Of a DNA stretch of 19,742 nucleotides, positions 14,895 through 19,742 are shown piece after piece. The notes beneath the pieces were generated by a model, which saw only the letters and a list, made by a program, of their open reading frames with translations, was not told the DNA's origin and made no database searches. The stretch's first letter is position 1. Every line of letters begins with the position of its first letter. The DNA lies in IMG/VR virus record IMGVR_UViG_2681813004_000004; one strand, 5' to 3'. A program made the position numbers and the translations under genes. The DNA comes from a virus. Lineage: Duplodnaviria; Heunggongvirae; Uroviricota; Caudoviricetes.

Positions 14895-17454
14895 TCTTGT
14901 TATTGACCTTAGTCTGGATGCGGTCCGTTTCGATGAGCAGATGAGCCGGGTAAGGCGTCATTTTTCAGGTCTGGATACCGACGCCAGAAAAACCGCCAGT
15001 GCTGTTGAACAGGGCCTGAGCCGCCAGGCGCTGGCTGCACAAAAAGCCGGGATTTCCGTCGGGCAGTATAAAGCGGCCATGCGAACCCTGCCCGCACAGT
15101 TTACGGATATCGCCACGCAGCTTGCCGGTGGTCAGAATCCCTGGCTGATCCTGCTGCAACAGGGCGGTCAGGTGAAGGACTCCTTCGGCGGGATGATCCC
15201 CATGTTCAGGGGGCTTGCCGGTGCGATCACCCTGCCGATGGTCGGGGTCACCTCGCTGGCGGTGGCGACAGGTGCGCTGGCGTACGCCTGGTACCAGGGG
15301 GATTCCACGCTTTCAGCGTTTAATAAAACCCTGGTTCTTTCCGGTAATCAGTCCGGACTGACTGCCGATCGTATGCTGACTCTCTCAAGAGCCGGGCAGG
15401 CAGCAGGGCTGACGTTTAACCAGGCGAGAGAGTCACTGGCAGCCCTGGTGAATGCCGGTGTGCGTGGTGGTGAACAGTTTGATGCCATCAACCAGAGTGT
15501 CGCGCGTTTTGCGTCTGCATCCGGTGTGGAGGTGGATAAAGTCGCTGAAGCCTTCGGGAAGCTGACCACTGACCCGACGTCGGGACTGATGGCGATGGCG
15601 CGCCAGTTCCGTAACGTGACGGCAGAGCAGATTGCGTATGTTGCACAGCTGCAGCGTTCCGGAGACGAGGCCGGGGCATTGCAGGCGGCGAACGATATCG
15701 CCACGAAAGGCTTTGATGAGCAGACCCGTCGCCTGAAAGAAAACATGGGAACACTGGAGACCTGGGCGGATAAAACAGGGAAGGCATTCAAATCGATGTG
15801 GGATGCCATTCTGGATATCGGTCGTCCGGAATCCTCAGCGGATATGCTCGCCAGTGCGCAGAAGGCATTTGATGAGGCGGATAAAAAATGGCAGTGGTAC
15901 CAGAGTCGGAGCCAGCGCCGCGGTAAAACCTCCTCTTTCCGGGCCAACCTTCAGGGCGCATGGAATGACCGGGAAAATGCCCGTCTGGGGCTGGCAGCGG
16001 CCACGCTGCAGTCGGATATGGAAAAAGCCGGTGAACTGGCCGCCAGGGACCGGGCCGAACGGGACGCATCACAGCTGAAGTATACCGGAGAGGCGCAGAA
16101 GGCGTATGAGCGTCTGCTGACGCCGCTGGAGAAATATACCGCCCGTCAGGAAGAACTGAATAAGGCCCTGAAAGACGGGAAAATCCTGCAGGCGGATTAC
16201 AACACGCTGATGGCGGCGGCGAAAAAGGATTATGAATCGACGCTGAAAAAGCCGAAGTCGTCAGGAGTCAAAGTGTCAGCCGGTGAGCGTCAGGAAGACC
16301 AGGCGCATGCTGCCCTGCTGGCGCTTGAAACCGAGCTCCGGACGCTGGAAAAACACAGCGGTGCGAATGGGAAAATCAGCCAGCAGCGTCGCGATTTATG
16401 GAAAGCGGAAAATCAGTATGCGGTCCTGAAAGAGGCAGCCACGAAACGGCAGTTATCTGAGCAGGAAAAATCCCTGCTGACCCATGAGAAAGAGACGCTG
16501 GAGTACAAACGCCAGCTGGCTGAGCTGGGAGACAAAGTTGAACACCAGAAACGGCTGAATGAGCTGGCACAGCAGGCTGCGCGGTTTGAGCAGCAGCAGG
16601 GCGCGAAGCAGGCGGCAATCAGTGCCCAGGCGCGGGGCCTCACCGACCGTCAGGTGCAGCGGGAGTCGGAAGAGCAGCGCCTTCGTGACGTGTACGGTGA
16701 TAATCCGGATGCGCTGGCGAAGGCCACATCTGCACTGAAGAACACCTGGTCTGCGGAGGAGCAGCTTCGTGGAAGCTGGATGGCCGGTCTGAAGTCCGGC
16801 TGGGGCGAGTGGGCAGAAAGTGCGACGGACAGTTTTTCGCAGGTTAAAAGCGTGGCCACGCAGACCTTTGACGGTATTGCACAGAATATGGCAGCGATGC
16901 TGACCGGCAGCGAACAGAGCTGGCGTGGTTTCACCCGTTCTGTGCTCTCCATGTTGACAGAGATTTTTCTGAAGCAGGCCATGGTGGGGATTGTCGGGAG
17001 TATTGGCAGCGCCATGGGTGGTGCTTTCGGTGGTGGGGCGTCTGCCTCCACGGGGACGGCCATTCAGGCTGCGGCGGCGAACTTCCATTTCGCGACCGGA
17101 GGATTTACGGGAACCGGTGGCAAATACGAACCTGCCGGTATTGTCCACCGCGGGGAGTTTGTCTTCACGAAGGAGGCAACCAGCCGGATTGGCGTCGGCA
17201 ACCTGTATCGTCTGATGCGCGGGTATGCGGAAGGTGGTTATGTGGGCGGTGCCGGAAGTCCGGCGCAGATGCGGCGGGCGGAAGGCATTAGTTTTAATCA
17301 GAACAATCACGTGGTGATTCAGAACGACGGCACCAACGGACAGGCGGGGCCGCAGCTGATGAAGGCGGTGTATGACATGGCCCGCAAGGGGGCGCAGGAT
17401 GAGATTCAGGCGCAGATGCGTGATGGCGGCGTCTTTTCCGGAGGCAGGCGATGA
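14875..17454 (+). CDS. H: Tail tape measure protein gpH-like, 859 aa
   Basis: MSQPVGDLVIDLSLDAVRFDEQMSRVRRHFSG... and long stretches collinear with lambda gpH; GGAGGTG RBS. Confidence 0.95.
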   Translation: MSQPVGDLVIDLSLDAVRFDEQMSRVRRHFSGLDTDARKTASAVEQGLSRQALAAQKAGISVGQYKAAMRTLPAQFTDIATQLAGGQNPWLILLQQGGQVKDSFGGMIPMFRGLAGAITLPMVGVTSLAVATGALAYAWYQGDSTLSAFNKTLVLSGNQSGLTADRMLTLSRAGQAAGLTFNQARESLAALVNAGVRGGEQFDAINQSVARFASASGVEVDKVAEAFGKLTTDPTSGLMAMARQFRNVTAEQIAYVAQLQRSGDEAGALQAANDIATKGFDEQTRRLKENMGTLETWADKTGKAFKSMWDAILDIGRPESSADMLASAQKAFDEADKKWQWYQSRSQRRGKTSSFRANLQGAWNDRENARLGLAAATLQSDMEKAGELAARDRAERDASQLKYTGEAQKAYERLLTPLEKYTARQEELNKALKDGKILQADYNTLMAAAKKDYESTLKKPKSSGVKVSAGERQEDQAHAALLALETELRTLEKHSGANGKISQQRRDLWKAENQYAVLKEAATKRQLSEQEKSLLTHEKETLEYKRQLAELGDKVEHQKRLNELAQQAARFEQQQGAKQAAISAQARGLTDRQVQRESEEQRLRDVYGDNPDALAKATSALKNTWSAEEQLRGSWMAGLKSGWGEWAESATDSFSQVKSVATQTFDGIAQNMAAMLTGSEQSWRGFTRSVLSMLTEIFLKQAMVGIVGSIGSAMGGAFGGGASASTGTAIQAAAANFHFATGGFTGTGGKYEPAGIVHRGEFVFTKEATSRIGVGNLYRLMRGYAEGGYVGGAGSPAQMRRAEGISFNQNNHVVIQNDGTNGQAGPQLMKAVYDMARKGAQDEIQAQMRDGGVFSGGRR

Positions 17455-17780
17455 AAACATTTCGCTGGAAAGTGAAGCCGGATATGGAGGTGAACTCGCA
17501 GCCATCGGTGCGTGAAGTGCGTTTTGGTGACGGGTATTCGCAGCGTATGGCGGCGGGGCTGAATGCTGACCTGAAAACATACCGTGTGACGCTTTCCGTG
17601 ACCCGGGAGGAGGCCCGACATCTGGAGGCATTCCTGGCAGAGCACGGTGGCTGGAAGGCGTTTCTGTGGACACCGCCTTATGCCTGGCGGCAGATAAAGG
17701 TGACCTGTGCCGCCTGGTCATCACGGGTTCGCATGCTGCGGGTTGAATTCAGCGCGGAGTTTAAGCAGGTGGTGAACTGA
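17451..17780 (+). CDS. M: Minor tail protein gpM-like, 109 aa
   Basis: MKTFRWKVKP...VRFGDGYSQR...LKTYRVTLSV...HGGWKAFLWTPPYAWRQIKVTCAAWSSRV.MLRVEFSAEFKQVVN closely matches lambda gpM. Confidence 0.93.
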   Translation: MKTFRWKVKPDMEVNSQPSVREVRFGDGYSQRMAAGLNADLKTYRVTLSVTREEARHLEAFLAEHGGWKAFLWTPPYAWRQIKVTCAAWSSRVRMLRVEFSAEFKQVVN

Positions 17781-18478
17781 TGCAGGATATTCACGAAGAA
17801 AGTCTGAACGAGTCGGTTAAATCAGAGCAGTCACCGCGGGTGGTACTCTGGGAAATCGACCTGACGGTACAGGGTGGTGAGCGGTATTTTTTCTGCAATG
17901 AGCTGAATGAAAAAGGGGAGGCGGTCACCTGGCAGGGGCGGCAATATCAGGCATACCCGATTGACGGCAGTGGCTTTGAGATGAACGGGAAGGGCAGCAG
18001 TGCCCGCCCGTCGCTGACGGTGTCGAATCTGTTCGGTCTGGTCACCGGAATGGCGGAGGACCTGCAGAGCCTGGTGGGGGCCACGGTGGTCCGCCGCCGG
18101 GTGTATGCCCGTTTTCTGGATGCGGTGAATTTTGTGGCGGGCAATCCGGAAGCGGACCCGGAGCAGGAGCTGAGCGACCGCTGGGTGGTGGAGCAGATGT
18201 CAGAGCTGACGGCCATGACAGCCTCGTTTGTGCTGGCAACACCGACGGAGACGGACGGAGCGCTGTTTCCCGGTCGCATCATGCTGGCGAACACCTGTAT
18301 GTGGGATTACCGGGGAGATGAATGCGGGTATAACGGTCCTGCGGTGGCGGATGAGTTCGATAAACCCACCACCGATATCCGTAAGGACAGATGCAGCAAG
18401 TGCATGCGCGGGTGTGAGATGCGCGGCATGGTGGCTAATTTTGGCGGTTTCCTTTCCATTAACAAACTTTCGCAGTAA
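17780..18478 (+). CDS. L: Minor tail protein gpL-like, copy 1, 232 aa
   Basis: Position after M; size equals lambda gpL; C-terminal Cys-rich region (CMWDYRGDECGYNG...CSKCMRGC). Confidence 0.9.
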   Translation: MQDIHEESLNESVKSEQSPRVVLWEIDLTVQGGERYFFCNELNEKGEAVTWQGRQYQAYPIDGSGFEMNGKGSSARPSLTVSNLFGLVTGMAEDLQSLVGATVVRRRVYARFLDAVNFVAGNPEADPEQELSDRWVVEQMSELTAMTASFVLATPTETDGALFPGRIMLANTCMWDYRGDECGYNGPAVADEFDKPTTDIRKDRCSKCMRGCEMRGMVANFGGFLSINKLSQ

Positions 18479-18483
18479 ATCCA

Positions 18484-18840
18484 ATGACACAGACAGAATC
18501 AGCGATTCTGGCGCATGCCCGGCGGTGTGTGCCTGCGGAGTCGTGCGGCTTCGTGGTGAGAACGCCGGAGGGGGAGCGGTATATCCCTTGTGTGAATATC
18601 TCTGCAGAGCCGGAGGCGTATTTTCGTATTGCACCGGAAGACTGGCTGCGGGCAGAGATGCAGGGGGAGATTGTGGCACTGGTCCACAGTCATCCCGGTG
18701 GTCTGCCCTGGCTGAGCGAGGCCGACCGGCGGCTGCAGATAAAAAGTGCACTGTCCTGGTGGCTGGTCTGCCGGGGGGAAATTCATAAATTCCGCTGTGT
18801 GCCACATCTGACAGGACGGCGCTTTGAGAGCAGGTGGTGA
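18484..18840 (+). pseudogene. K: Truncated gpK-like ORF (K', 118 aa) retaining the N-terminal JAB/MPN-type motif; truncated at the duplication junction
   Basis: MTQTESAILAHARRCVPAESCGFVV...IVALVHSHPGGLPWLSEADRR...HLTGRRFE then SRW-stop, read from M-end sequence in another frame; full-length lambda gpK is about 199 aa. Confidence 0.7.
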
Positions 18841-18844
18841 ACTG

Positions 18845-19543
18845 ATGCAGGATATTCACGAAGAAAGTCTGAACGAGTCGGTTAAATCAGAGCAGTCACC
18901 GCGGGTGGTACTCTGGGAAATCGACCTGACGGTACAGGGTGGTGAGCGGTATTTTTTCTGCAATGAGCTGAATGAAAAAGGGGAGGCGGTCACCTGGCAG
19001 GGGCGGCAATATCAGGCATACCCGATTGACGGCAGTGGCTTTGAGATGAACGGGAAGGGCAGCAGTGCCCGCCCGTCGCTGACGGTGTCGAATCTGTTCG
19101 GTCTGGTCACCGGAATGGCGGAGGACCTGCAGAGCCTGGTGGGGGCCACGGTGGTCCGCCGCCGGGTGTATGCCCGTTTTCTGGATGCGGTGAATTTTGT
19201 GGCGGGCAATCCGGAAGCGGACCCGGAGCAGGAGCTGAGCGACCGCTGGGTGGTGGAGCAGATGTCAGAGCTGACGGCCATGACAGCCTCGTTTGTGCTG
19301 GCAACACCGACGGAGACGGACGGAGCGCTGTTTCCCGGTCGCATCATGCTGGCGAACACCTGTATGTGGGATTACCGGGGAGATGAATGCGGGTATAACG
19401 GTCCTGCGGTGGCGGATGAGTTCGATAAACCCACCACCGATATCCGTAAGGACAGATGCAGCAAGTGCATGCGCGGGTGTGAGATGCGCGGCATGGTGGC
19501 TAATTTTGGCGGTTTCCTTTCCATTAACAAACTTTCGCAGTAA
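18845..19543 (+). CDS. L: Minor tail protein gpL-like, copy 2, identical to copy 1
   Basis: Identical 232-aa translation; ATG at 18845 (the ORF-track start at 18824 is a TTG extension created by the junction). Confidence 0.85.
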   Translation: MQDIHEESLNESVKSEQSPRVVLWEIDLTVQGGERYFFCNELNEKGEAVTWQGRQYQAYPIDGSGFEMNGKGSSARPSLTVSNLFGLVTGMAEDLQSLVGATVVRRRVYARFLDAVNFVAGNPEADPEQELSDRWVVEQMSELTAMTASFVLATPTETDGALFPGRIMLANTCMWDYRGDECGYNGPAVADEFDKPTTDIRKDRCSKCMRGCEMRGMVANFGGFLSINKLSQ

Positions 19544-19548
19544 ATCCA

Positions 19549-19742
19549 ATGACACAGACAGAATCAGCGATTCTGGCGCATGCCCGGCGGTGTGTGCCTG
19601 CGGAGTCGTGCGGCTTCGTGGTGAGAACGCCGGAGGGGGAGCGGTATATCCCTTGTGTGAATATCTCTGCAGAGCCGGAGGCGTATTTTCGTATTGCACC
19701 GGAAGACTGGCTGCGGGCAGAGATGCAGGGGGAGATTGTGGC
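19549..19742 (+). CDS. K: gpK-like tail protein, copy 2, 5' portion only (continues beyond the window)
   Basis: Identical to the first 64 codons of K'; frame is open to the window edge. Confidence 0.8.
   Translation, partial: MTQTESAILAHARRCVPAESCGFVVRTPEGERYIPCVNISAEPEAYFRIAPEDWLRAEMQGEIV

Larger units (their letters stand above)
17764..19742. repeat. Perfect direct tandem duplication, period 1065 bp (copy 1 17764-18828, copy 2 18829 to window end), covering the M stop, all of L and the 5' part of K
   Basis: Visible identity of nucleotide sequence and of all predicted ORFs on both strands between the copies; junction at ...cgctttgag / agcaggtggtgaactgATG. Confidence 0.9.

Noticed and set aside
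16453-17724. 423-aa minus-strand ORF (and the other antisense ORFs inside H, 15348-16643)
   Set aside because: Antisense to the tape measure gene; Pro/Arg/Ser-rich; the plus-strand gene is collinear with lambda gpH.

Overview
This window is the late region of a lambda-like (lambdoid) prophage or phage genome, read almost entirely on the + strand. All homology calls are from memory of lambda, phage 21 and Stx-phage proteins, not from a database search. In order: the 3' end of an upstream gene; a phage-21-type lysis cassette (pinholin S, SAR endolysin R, Rz with embedded Rz1) interrupted by two inserts; an accessory 'moron' zone with a PerC-like regulator and a convergent small RHH-like gene; a lambda-type cos site (cosQ-cosN-cosB); then a collinear lambda head and tail module (Nu1, A, W, B, C/Nu3, D, E, FI, FII, Z, U, V, G/G-T, H, M, L, K). 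Two tandem duplications stand out: a 106-bp imperfect duplication of cosQ-cosN, and a perfect 1065-bp duplication of gene L plus the 5' part of K that leaves a truncated K' ORF. I found no CRISPR array, tRNA, integrase, att site or toxin genes in the window. I do not see a clear, self-contained novel multi-gene system; the best candidates for undescribed function are the antisense ORF in the S-R insert, the 37-aa peptide ORF upstream of Rz, and the paired hairpin modules upstream of S.
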